Below are positions 11,561 through 21,020 of a stretch of 21,020 bases of DNA, in pieces. The notes under the pieces are model-generated. The model was given only the letters and a program-made list of their open reading frames with translations, was not told the DNA's origin and did not search any database. The stretch is taken from assembly GCF_006345805.1 (NCBI RefSeq), contig NW_021823846.1:1-21020 (forward strand). The letters are read 5' to 3'. This stretch comes from Octopus sinensis (lineage: Eukaryota). Position 1 is the first letter of the stretch. Each line of letters begins with the position of its first letter. Both the position numbers and the translations under genes were made by a program.

Positions 11561-11612
<52 letters not shown>
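11557..11612. repeat. (TATG)/(TA)n microsatellite
   Basis: Visible repeat flanking the palindrome. Confidence 0.95.
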
Positions 11613-11619
<7 letters not shown>

Positions 11620-11703
11620 TTAGAGACAAAACCACTATTTTGCAAAACAAACAAGGAAAGACTTAATCAATACATAAAATTTTAATAAAAAGTAAAAAAA
11701 CCG

Positions 11704-11746
11704 CCACTACAATTCTTTCATGTCTTGAACGACAATCTTCAGGTGG
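11704..11746 (-). ncRNA. Minimal type I hammerhead ribozyme motif (stem III mismatch)
   Basis: Minus strand: CCAC CTGAAGA TTGTC GTTCAA GACAT GAAA GAATTG TA GTGG. Confidence 0.65.
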
Positions 11747-11801
11747 ATTTCCGATTTTCAAATCAGTTTCATAATTTGAAACTGATTTGAAAATCGGAAA
11801 T

Positions 11802-11844
11802 CCACCTGAAGATTGTCGTTCAAGACATGAACCAATTGTAGTGG
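11802..11844 (+). ncRNA. Minimal type I hammerhead ribozyme motif (A15.1>C)
   Basis: Plus strand: CCAC CTGAAGA TTGTC GTTCAA GACAT GAAC CAATTG TA GTGG. Confidence 0.6.
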
Positions 11845-12019
11845 CGGTTTTTTTACTTTTTATTAAAATTTTATGTATTGATTAAGTCTTTCCTTGTTTG
11901 TTTTTGCAAAATAGTGGTTTTGTCTCTAATTAATATTATATAATATTTTACTATAAAATTGGATTTAATCCTAAATCTGATTTTTTCCCTGTAAATTTGG
12001 ATTTATCCCTAATATTTAT

Positions 12020-12056
<37 letters not shown>

Positions 12057-12057
<1 letters not shown>

Positions 12058-13300
12058 TAGCAGATAACCCGGCGTTGCCCGAGTTAAGAGAATAGTGAAA
12101 TTTTAAAACCGCCGTTAAGATTACGCAGGTCTCAACTGCTGGTAGCTGAGATACCAACTCCCTACATTAATAACTCCCCAACCATATTTCAAAAGTACGT
12201 TTGTGGTAGCTTATTTAGTAACAAAAAAAAAGCAATTGCAGATTATAAACAATGAAAGGCCAATTTCGGTGATTCGTTTGACAGAGGCAGTAGAGAGCCA
12301 ATCCGATGATAAATCTGACCTTGGATCTTGAAATTTTTGCCTGAATCCTGACTTACTTAAATCTCTTTTGGCTCCATATGATGTCATCTGTAGTGCAGCG
12401 TTGTATTGCCTAATTTTGTTTTGAAAGTGCTTGGAATCTTGTTCAGCTGTTGACAACAGTTTCTTCAATAGCTCTGGAGGTTCGAGGATTGCCGAGAGTT
12501 TAACATTTTCACCATTGCTTTACAATGTATGTCCTCAGTTATAATTGCACCAATGGAAAGTCTAGTGTCATCTGCATAATGAACTGCCGAATCATAATGG
12601 AAAGCTGCTTCATAAAATTTGCTTCTCCGAGCTGTTGCAACTGCTCTTAGTTCTGCAGTGGAGATCTTTTTCATTGTCAGCCGTGCATACCTCTGTGCAT
12701 CACTTTTGAGGTGTTCTGGTTTTTGTAATGCACAGTCTGTTCGTTTCTTGGTATGTTTCTCTTTCTGCGGCTGTCTTTCTTTCCCTAGGCAGAGACATTC
12801 TTTTGGTTGACCTTGACATTGTAGACAAATTTGACACTTTCCTTCTAGGCATGGTTATATACGTATACAAAAGTACACGGGTGCCGAAGGTAGTAAACAA
12901 GGAAAATAACTGGGTAACGGAAATTACATTTCTTAATACGACGGGCAGAAAGTAAATAAGAAAGTTTTACCGAAAATAAACGATTGTACGGGTTGAAGCG
13001 AAATTTTTGATTTAGTGAACCAAAGAGCCAGTATCGAAGGAACCAGAAAAAAGCCGTTAAGAACAGAAAAACACAAAACCGTTACAAAAGTAAATAAGAA
13101 ATTTTTAGGGAAATTTACTAAGAATACGGATTTAAGTGAAATTATTAAAATTATTTCTGCAAGTAAATCATGAAATGTTTTATAAGTAAATAAGAAATGT
13201 GTAGGCAAATCTAACGAAGCATACGGATTGAAGTAAAATTTATGAAGTTACTTCTGTCAGTAGATTATGTATGAAATTACTTTCATCAGCAATTGTGAAC
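12057..13300 (-). mobile_element. Internally deleted Helitron (5' boundary approximate)
   Basis: The minus-strand 3' end is CTCGGGCAACGCCGGG (hairpin, 12068-12083), then TTATCTG, then CTAG, followed by T of a TA tract. It carries a RepHel N-terminal remnant. The 5' TC end was not located. Confidence 0.8.
12256..12852 (-). pseudogene. Helitron RepHel N-terminal remnant
   Basis: MPRRKVSNL...; AAFHYDSAVHY...LSIGAI...HCKA; KHFQNKIRQYNAALQMTSYGA; after a frameshift, NFKIQGQIYHRIGSLLP. These are motifs typical of the Helitron pre-Rep region. The Rep catalytic and helicase domains are absent. Confidence 0.85.
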
Positions 13301-13459
13301 TTCTCTCTGTCAGTAATTTGTCGTTGTTGTTTGTAAATAGTGATTGAAAACAAAAGCGATTGAACTTAAAGTGAAAACAATAGCGTCTGAAAAATGAACG
13401 TAGAAACAATAGAGAGTGAGTGAGATATAGAGAGAAGGGGAGAGAGAGAGCTAGCTAGT

Positions 13460-15002
13460 TAGACAAATAAGATAGATATAGAAAGATACATAGATAGAGA
13501 GAGAGACAGACAGATACAGAGATAGAAAAGGGATGTATAGGGATGGTGGGATTGGAATGTGTAGGGGTTGGGTAACAAGGGAGGGGTGATGATGAAGGGG
13601 GAGGAGTGGTAGGAGTGAAGAGAGGAAGTATATGTCAGAGCAAGCGAGGAGAGGTGGGTGGGAGGGAGTACGTGTGAGAGGGAGAGAGGAGAGAGGAGGT
13701 GAGTTGAGCCCATGGGGCGCAAAGGAGCAAAGAGAGAAGATTAATCACAGCGAAGACGGGAATCCGGATGGCCCCTATGCAAGGACAGTCCGAACACAGA
13801 CAGGTGTAGTATAGAATGACCTGTAGAGCGGAAATAGCGCGAGACCGGAGTGTCGTTGCAGAGTCTGATGTCTCGGAGGTGTTCCGCGAACCGGTCAGCC
13901 AAGCGGCGTCCTGTTTTACCAATGTATAGAAAAGGACAGAGAGAGCAGGAGATGCAGTAGATGACGTTGCTAGAAGTGCAGGTGAAGGAGTCAGTGATAT
14001 GATAGGGTCAATGTTGGGTGCCAGTGAGGAGGGTGGTGTTGGAGAGGTAAGGAAAAGTGCGGCAGCGTGGGCGGGAGCAGGGGAACGAGACAGAATGGGA
14101 GGTTGGGTAAGGGAAAAATCTGTGATCAAAAGGTCTCGTAGGTTGTGGACTCATTTGAAGGAGGGAAGGGTTGGTTAAGGAGGATGTGCGAAGTGGGGGT
14201 CGGACTGTAGTCACCGGAAGGCTCGGAAAATGGTGCATTGGAGAGGTAGGTTGGTGGGGTGGTAGGTGAGAGGAAACGGGAGACGGGTGATGGCGGAGCG
14301 GGTGCGGAAGGAGAGAACAGATGCACGGTTCACAGAATGTGCTCTGGCAAGGGCGATGTGGATAGTGGTGAGGAGATATCCACGTAGGATGAAGTGGCGA
14401 GCCATGAGTTGAAACTGAGTCTCAGAGTCATGGTCGTCACTGCTAGAGCCTGCGTAGACGGAGGAATTGGGAATAGGGGATGGAGAGCTTGGTGTGTTTA
14501 GGGTGGGAGGATGAGAAGTTGAGGTATGAGTGTGAGTCTATGTGTTGGATGGAGGTGGTGAGAGTGGAGTCATGAATGCTGACCGAAATGTCAAGAAAGG
14601 CGACCGAAGTGTCGGGAATAATGCAGAAGTGGAGGGCAAAATGGAAATATTTGAGAAAAGAGAGGAAGGAGTCTAGATGTTCACGAGAGAGTGAGGTCGC
14701 ACCGATACAGTCGTCAATATAACAACCGTATAGTTCAGGAGTGGCACCGATGAAACTTGAGAATATTTGGGCCCATTCTCGTTCCCATGGCCACTCCCGT
14801 GAACTGCAGGTAAAAATCACCCGCGAAAGAGAAGCTGATAAGGGAGAGGACAAGTTAGCCCAGGCGAAGGAGTGTGGATGTGTCATGTTGGGGGGTGAGC
14901 CGAAGGTCAAGGAAATGCTGGAGTGCACGCAGCCCCTCTTCGGATCACCGTGTATAGGCTCTTGATGTCAAGAGTGAGAAGTTTAGAGGGGCCTGGTGGG
15001 AA
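13460..15002 (-). mobile_element. 5'-truncated Penelope-like element, Neptune-type (RT + Cys linker + GIY-YIG), decayed; 3' boundary approximate
   Basis: Minus strand: LLTLDIKSLYTVI, FYLQFTGVAMGTRMGPN, YIDDCIG, FLDISVSI, HSYLNFSSSHPKHTKLSIPYSQFLRLRRL, RHFILRGY, PCSRPRCRT, FTCTSSNVIYCISCSLCPFLYIGKTGRRLADRFAEHLRDI. There are multiple stops and frameshifts, and a C/T-rich 3' region. Confidence 0.93.
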
Positions 15003-15033
15003 ATAAATAATGGGGGGGGGGTTAGTTTATTCA

Positions 15034-15349
15034 TTTATTCTCTTGTTTCAATCATGTGACTGGTCAAGTCATTTGACTGCTGGAGCACCGCCTTAAAGGG
15101 TTTTCGTTGAAGAAATCGATACCACGACTTACTCTTTGTAATCCTAATAGTTATTCTATCGGTCTCTTAGCCGGACCGTTAATCTACTGGGACGTAAACA
15201 CTCCAGCATCGGTTGGCAAGTGATGACAGAGAGACAAAGACACACACACACAAATATATAGTAGAAGACACTTGTCCAAGGTGCCACGCAGTGGGACTCA
15301 ACCATGTGGTTGGGAAGCAAGCTTGTTACCACACATACACGCCTGTGCC
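15034..15349 (-). mobile_element. SINE family 2 copy with internal deletions
   Basis: The plus strand shows the tail (gtcatttgactgctggagcaccgcc), the body (gggacgtaaacactccagcatcggttg) and the head (gtagaagacacttgtccaaggtgccacgcagtgggact...accacac). Confidence 0.85.
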
Positions 15350-15388
15350 TATGTATATATATGTGTGTGTGTGAGAGAGAGAGAGAGA

Positions 15389-15422
<34 letters not shown>

Positions 15423-15533
15423 ATATGTGTGTGAGAGAGAGAGAGAGTGTGTGTGTGTGTGTATATATATATGTGTGTGTGTGTGTATTATTTATATATG
15501 TGTGTGTATGTGTGTATGTATGTATGTATATGT
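15350..15533. repeat. (TG)n/(GA)n/(TA)n compound microsatellite
   Basis: Visible simple repeats. Confidence 0.95.
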
Positions 15534-15611
15534 AGTCTGTACATTAGTGGTCCAACTTTAGAAAACCGTTAAAATAATAAACCAACACGCGCACGCGTAC
15601 GCACATGTAGC

Positions 15612-16183
15612 TATTTTTCTTTCAGTCATTTGACTGCGGCCATGTTGGAGCACCGCCTTTTAGTCGAACAAATCGACCCCAGGATTTATTCTTTGTAAGC
15701 CTAGTACTTATTCTATCATTCTCTTTTGCCGAACCGTTAAGTTACGGGGACGTAAACACACCACAATCGGTTGTCAAGCGATGGTAGTGGGACAAACACA
15801 GACACACAATCATACACGCACACACTCGCCAAGATAGACCGTTAGCCACTACACATTCTTTAATTTCTCTCCTTGCTTCTTCCTGTGTTCCTTTCTGTGG
15901 AAGAGCGTAGCCTCGAAACGTTAAAGAATTTTTCACTTCCCGAGCGTTATACTAATACATCTGTTTGTTGTCTACACCACCTGTCTTTGTGTTTTGTTTT
16001 GTTTTTTGTGACTTCTTCCTATATATAGATATATTTATAGGAAGAATTCATAAATCCACTCACAAGGCTTCGGTCAGTCCGAAGCTAAAGTAGAAGACAC
16101 TTGCCCAAGGTGCCACGCAGTGGGACTGAACCCAGAACCATGTGGTTGGTAAGCAAGCTACTTACAACACAGTCACTCCTGCG
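15612..16183 (-). mobile_element. SINE family 2 copy split by a family A insertion
   Basis: The 3' half is at 15612-15825. The 5' half is at 16052-16183 and has B box GGGTTCAGTCCC and CORE-like CCTTGGGCAAGT on the minus strand. Confidence 0.85.
15841..16054 (+). mobile_element. Family A Penelope-like pLTR copy with a short inverted terminal duplication
   Basis: It matches the reverse complement of 2760-2935. It contains CTTT CTGTGGA A GAGC GTAG CCTC GAAAC GTT AAAG (15891-15926). The end tttgtgacttcttcctata is mirrored by tataggaagaattcataaa. Confidence 0.75.
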
Positions 16184-16234
16184 ATTATAAGTATATTATA
16201 AATATACATATGATTTATGAAGATATACACAAAC

Positions 16235-16591
16235 GTGCGCGTGTGTATGTGTGCGTGTGTATGTGTGTCTGTGTGTGTGTATGTTTGTGTGTGTTTATGT
16301 TTGTGTGTATGTGTGTGTGTGTTTGTATGTGTGTGTGTGCAAGCTTCCCTTCTATTTCATTGGTGCATGTCTCTTCTTTATGCACTTATTTTTCATCATT
16401 GCTTCTTCGCTTTATATTTATTCTTTTTTTTTTTTTTCAGTCACCTACTTTCGCTTTTCTGATTGTATGTTTTATTTGTATGTTTCTTTCTTCTTTGCTT
16501 TATAATCCTACTTGTGTATTATAAGTTATTTCTCACTTTTACACGAATTTTGTATATCTATATTAATAGCTCGTAAATATATCTACGTATC

Positions 16592-16666
<75 letters not shown>

Positions 16667-16900
16667 CATATATATACATTATATATATATTTATAGAGAG
16701 AGAGAGAGAGAGAGAGTAAGAGAGAGATTAATATATATATAATACATATAAATTTCAAAATACACACACATATGTATATATTCACACGTATAAATACATG
16801 TTTATATATATATGTCTCTTTCTCACACTCTCTCCATATATATATTCGAGGGGTGGGTTGTATGTATGAATGTATGTATGTATGCATATATGTACGTATG
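16235..16900. repeat. (TG)n, (TA)n and (GA)n microsatellites with low-complexity spacers
   Basis: Visible simple repeats. Confidence 0.85.
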
Positions 16901-17227
16901 TACTTATTTGTATAATGCACATATAGTTCAAAGAAATCAGTTCATTTTGTAGAATAAATATATTGTATACATAAAAATTCTGGCCGCAGTAGGTAACACG
17001 TCGTCTAAAATATAATGTAGGTTATGCACAAACGATAAAATATACATTTTTTTTTTAGTTTCGGTTTATGGAGAAGTTTGTATGTATATATCCTGTGCCA
17101 TTGTGGTAAGTGTGTACATTTGCTTCATGTCGTTGCGGTATGTGTATGTCTGTATTTATATATGTGGAGTACCTGCTGGTTACTTCTTGTGTAATATATG
17201 TATTCATATACGTATGTGTAAGTTCTG

Positions 17228-17810
17228 CGTGTTGTGTGTGTGTGTGTGTGTGTGTGTTTCCTTGTTTGTTTTTGTTTTCGTTTCTCGTTGTGTTCTACGT
17301 TTATTTGTGGTGTCCTGTACTCTTATATATATATATACATGTATATATATATAGATGTAGGTATGTACATATATGTATGTATGCATATGTTTTATTTGTT
17401 AAATTGTTATTATATATGTACATATGTTTGTATATATATATATATACATATTTATATATGTATATGTATACATACATATATACATATATGTATGTATATA
17501 CACACATACATATACATATATGTATATATATATATATACATACATACAAACAGATACATTTGAATGTATGTATGTGTATATATGTATATATGTGTGTATA
17601 TATACTTCGTGTTTGTATCTGGTTTCCAAGATTCTTTTTGTGAATTCGTGTGTTGAAGCATATTTTGTTTTGTCTGGGGAAAGTCATATTTTTTTATGCC
17701 TTATTATCTAACACACTCGATTCCCACTCGTTATTTATATTTCTTCTTCGAAAGTTTCGTCCCTTTTGCAACCTTGTCGATGGATTTTGACTCTGACTGT
17801 TATATATGTG

Positions 17811-17854
<44 letters not shown>

Positions 17855-17880
17855 TGTGTGTGTATGTGTGTGTGTGTGTA
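17228..17880. repeat. (TG)n and degenerate TA/TACA microsatellites
   Basis: Visible simple repeats with short unique spacers. Confidence 0.85.
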
Positions 17881-18701
17881 TGCAGGTATATATTATTCTC
17901 TGACAAGAATATTATTGAAAGTGACTTCGAAGTTTTGATAGTTAAACCTTTGTCGGACTGCCCGGCGTTGACTTAACTTACCGAAGCTTCGATATCACAG
18001 TCTATAATATTTTTGTGTAAGAATGATAAATTTGTACTCTTCAAAAGTATAAAGTAACGCATCTGGTCAATGGGAAATTGTTGTTATTATAACTGAATGA
18101 AAAAGCAATCATTAACATTGCACACATGCACACACACATGTATGGGTATGCATGTATGCATACACAAAAATGCGTGTGTATGTATGTGCGCACGCGTGTG
18201 CGTGCATGTTTATCGGTGTGATGTGCAATTGTGTAGTATCTCTATGTTATTTTTTTGTGTATAAATATTGTTACTGAGATGTCCGAACAGCGATCTGTGA
18301 ATGTGGTATTATCCGGTCATCTATCTCACTAGCGACCGTATATGTCCATTCTAAAGGCCAATCAACCATTAGTGTGATTATTTCATTTTTTTTTTCTTTT
18401 CCATGGGTTCTTTTTACTTCGCTTTCATCTTCTCTATCACTCATCTTTTTCTGCTTCATACCCACTCACATATTCACACAATTACACATTGACTTCCATA
18501 TCGCTTTTACTTTCATTTTTCCTTCTCAACCTCGCCTCCTCTTTTCTTTCTCCGTCTATCTCTTTCTTTCTATATCTCACACACACACATACACACCACA
18601 TACACACACACTTTCTCCCTCTTTTTCCCTCCTTCCTTCTCTCTTTCTCACTAGGTAGAATTGACAGTGCTGTGTACAACACAATGATTAAGACATTCGT
18701 T

Positions 18702-19109
18702 CATACGTACATACATACATACATACATACATACATACATACATACATACATACATGCATACATTACATACATACATACATACACACACATACATACATA
18801 CATACATACATACATACATACATACATACATACATACATACATACATACATACATACATACATACATACATACATACGCACGCATACATGCATACATACA
18901 TACATACATACATACATACATACATACATACATACATACATACAAAAATACCTTATTCATATTGAAATTCCAATGAAGGAACCTTGGATTTTGGTTAGAA
19001 GCTGGCTTTTTCTCTATTTCAAGAAATCTTGAAATAGAACTAAATAATGACATACATATATAGACACACCTAAACACACACGCACGCACATACATACGTA
19101 TACATGCAT

Positions 19110-19155
<46 letters not shown>

Positions 19156-19437
19156 ATGTGATAATTAAAAATATATGCATACTACAAACATATATGTACG
19201 TACCTACATCTACATGTATATATACATGCATATATAATAAATTTATTTATATATGCATGTATAATACATGTAGATGTTAGGTACGTACATATATGTTTGT
19301 ATGTATGCATATATTTTTAATTATCACATTATTGTCTGACAGCGCCCCGCGTCAGGTTCGTTTTCGATTTGTCGGTTCGTTCCACTTCTTGTCTCCGTTC
19401 AATTTTTATATATATATATATATATATATAATATTAT

Positions 19438-19480
<43 letters not shown>

Positions 19481-19700
19481 CATATGTATGTATATATATA
19501 TGTATGTGTGTGGTATGTATGCATATATATATATATATATATATATACATATGTATGTATATATATGTATGTGTGTGTGTATGCATATATATATATATAT
19601 ACATACATTTATATGTATACATACATTTATACACATATAGTTCAGCTTATGTATGTGTGTATGCGTGAATGCGTGAATGTATGTATGCATGTTTGTATGT
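18702..19700. repeat. (TACA)n array (18702-18943) and degenerate TA/TATG microsatellites
   Basis: Visible simple repeats with short unique spacers. Confidence 0.9.
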
Positions 19701-20218
19701 ATAGATGTCGTACGTGATGGACCCTTGATAAAACTGCGGCGACTAAGATGTATAATTGCATATAGAGCAATATGTAGTTGCTGCAATTGAAACATATATC
19801 GGTCATTGTTATATATGCTGTAGAAAACTTTTTTAAAAGCTTTGGATGTGAATAAATCTACACTCTCTTCTTGTTTGCAAATATGTATATATGAAATAAT
19901 AAAGGTGAAAAATTGAATATTAATTTGATTAGTATCAATATAAAACAAGTGGTCTAGCTTATTGAAAAATCTAGTTTCAGAAAAAATTATATTACATACA
20001 TATAAGAGGGATGACCACTATGTGGACATCCATAGCGGATCTTCTAGCATAATGGATGTCTACTTACAGGTCATCCCTCTTATATGTATGTGTGTGTGTG
20101 TATGTGTTATGTGTGTGTCTGTGTGTGTATTCATATGTATATATGTATGTATATGCACATGTACCTCTTTTGTATGTTACTTGTTTCAGTCACTGAACAT
20201 GCTATTGAAGGGTTAGTT

Positions 20219-20470
20219 CAGGGGTTCCCAAACTTATTTTGGTTGTGGACCCCTGGAGCACATATATGCACATGTAAATGTTTGAAATAAAATATTTGCT
20301 TGTAGGTTAGTGAAAAACTAACAATGAAACAATTTTGTTATAATCTTAACATAAATACCAAATACAAATCTTGAAAATCTTGAAAAATTCAATAAATACA
20401 GGTACCTCTCTCACTAAACAAAATTTATATACAGACCCACAAATTACAATTTTTTACTCGTGGATCCTCT
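20219..20470 (+). mobile_element. Possible hAT/Charlie-like MITE remnant (one terminus only)
   Basis: It begins CAGGGGTTCCCAAAC, a hAT-Charlie-style TIR, and has recurring GTGGACCC-like subterminal motifs. No matching right TIR was seen. Confidence 0.4.
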
Positions 20471-20573
20471 TCAATTACTGCTTACTATTTGCTTGGCAGA
20501 CGGCCAGACCGTCATTTAAAGATGTTTTTATTAAATATTGTTATTGTTTTTGTTGAACAAAAATTATTGAAAA

Positions 20574-20603
20574 AAAAGCCGCAATAATTATGCACCATCC
20601 CAA
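20574..20603 (-). mobile_element. Solo mariner-like terminal inverted repeat next to (TA)n
   Basis: The minus-strand TTGGGATGGTGCATAATTATTGCGGCTTTT resembles the Hsmar1/MADE1-type TIR (TTAGGTTGGTGCAAAAGTAATTGCGGTTTT, from memory). Confidence 0.5.
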
Positions 20604-20854
20604 GATATATATATATATATATATATATCCGAAATACGGAGTAGATGAAACAGAGACAACTGAAGAAGGGAAATATTCTTTGTTCCATGTCTCGTTTCTC
20701 TGTTTTTTTCGTTGTTCCAAAGACAAAAATAGGTCATTTCTATGTTTTTATTTTTATGTTTTCGTTTCTCACTGTCTTCAACGTTTTTTTATGTCCTGTA
20801 CCCATACATGCATATATATATACATATATATGCAGGTATATTTGTTTGTTTGTT

Positions 20855-21020
20855 TTTGTTTTTCCAGTTTCAGCTCTTGAGCTGTGGCCATGCTGGGGCA
20901 CCGCCATTGTGGTGAAAGAGTACAGCAGGGATCACCACCCCCTGCCGGAGCCTCGGAGAGCTTTTAGGTGTTTTCGCTCAATAAACACACACAACGCCCG
21001 GTCTGAGAATCGAAACCGCG
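20855..21020 (-). mobile_element. tRNA-derived SINE family 3, running off the window
   Basis: The minus strand has a B box GGTTTCGATTC at the window edge, a distinct body, and the tail GGCGGTGCCCCAGCATGGCCACAGCTCAAGAGCTGAAAC shared with family 2. Confidence 0.7.

Larger units (their letters stand above)
11605..11942. repeat. Near-perfect palindrome (arms of about 165 bp, 5-nt loop), probable Penelope-like pLTR foldback (family B)
   Basis: 11605-11771 is the reverse complement of 11777-11942, apart from one A/T-run indel and two adjacent substitutions. Confidence 0.95.

Noticed and set aside
12949-13243. CRISPR-like repeat-spacer array
   Set aside because: The repeats are degenerate and irregularly spaced, the context is eukaryotic TE sequence, and there are no cas genes.
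13635-14129. 164-aa S/P/A-rich ORF
   Set aside because: It is an off-frame reading of the PLE GIY-YIG region.

Overview
This is an AT-rich, microsatellite-saturated, non-genic eukaryotic region. The SINE families and repeat style resemble coleoid cephalopod (Octopus-like) DNA; this is inference from recall, not a search. No intact host protein-coding gene is supported, and nearly all listed ORFs are translations of (TA)n, (TG)n, (TATG)n or (ATT)n repeats. The recognisable content is decayed mobile DNA: (i) R4/Dong-type RLE non-LTR retrotransposon fragments in opposite orientations (6254-7100 minus, 7305-7789 plus); (ii) an internally deleted Helitron with an intact 3' hairpin and CTAG end (from 12057, minus); (iii) a 5'-truncated Neptune-type Penelope-like element with RT and GIY-YIG remnants (about 13460-15002, minus); (iv) three tRNA-derived SINE families; and (v) a 1,034-bp tandem duplication (3445-5514). 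The most interesting signal is two families of short non-coding elements anchored in (TA)n tracts that form long inverted repeats and carry minimal type I hammerhead-ribozyme-like motifs (11605-11942; 2760-3046 and 15841-16054). They are probably Penelope pseudo-LTR or retrozyme-like units.
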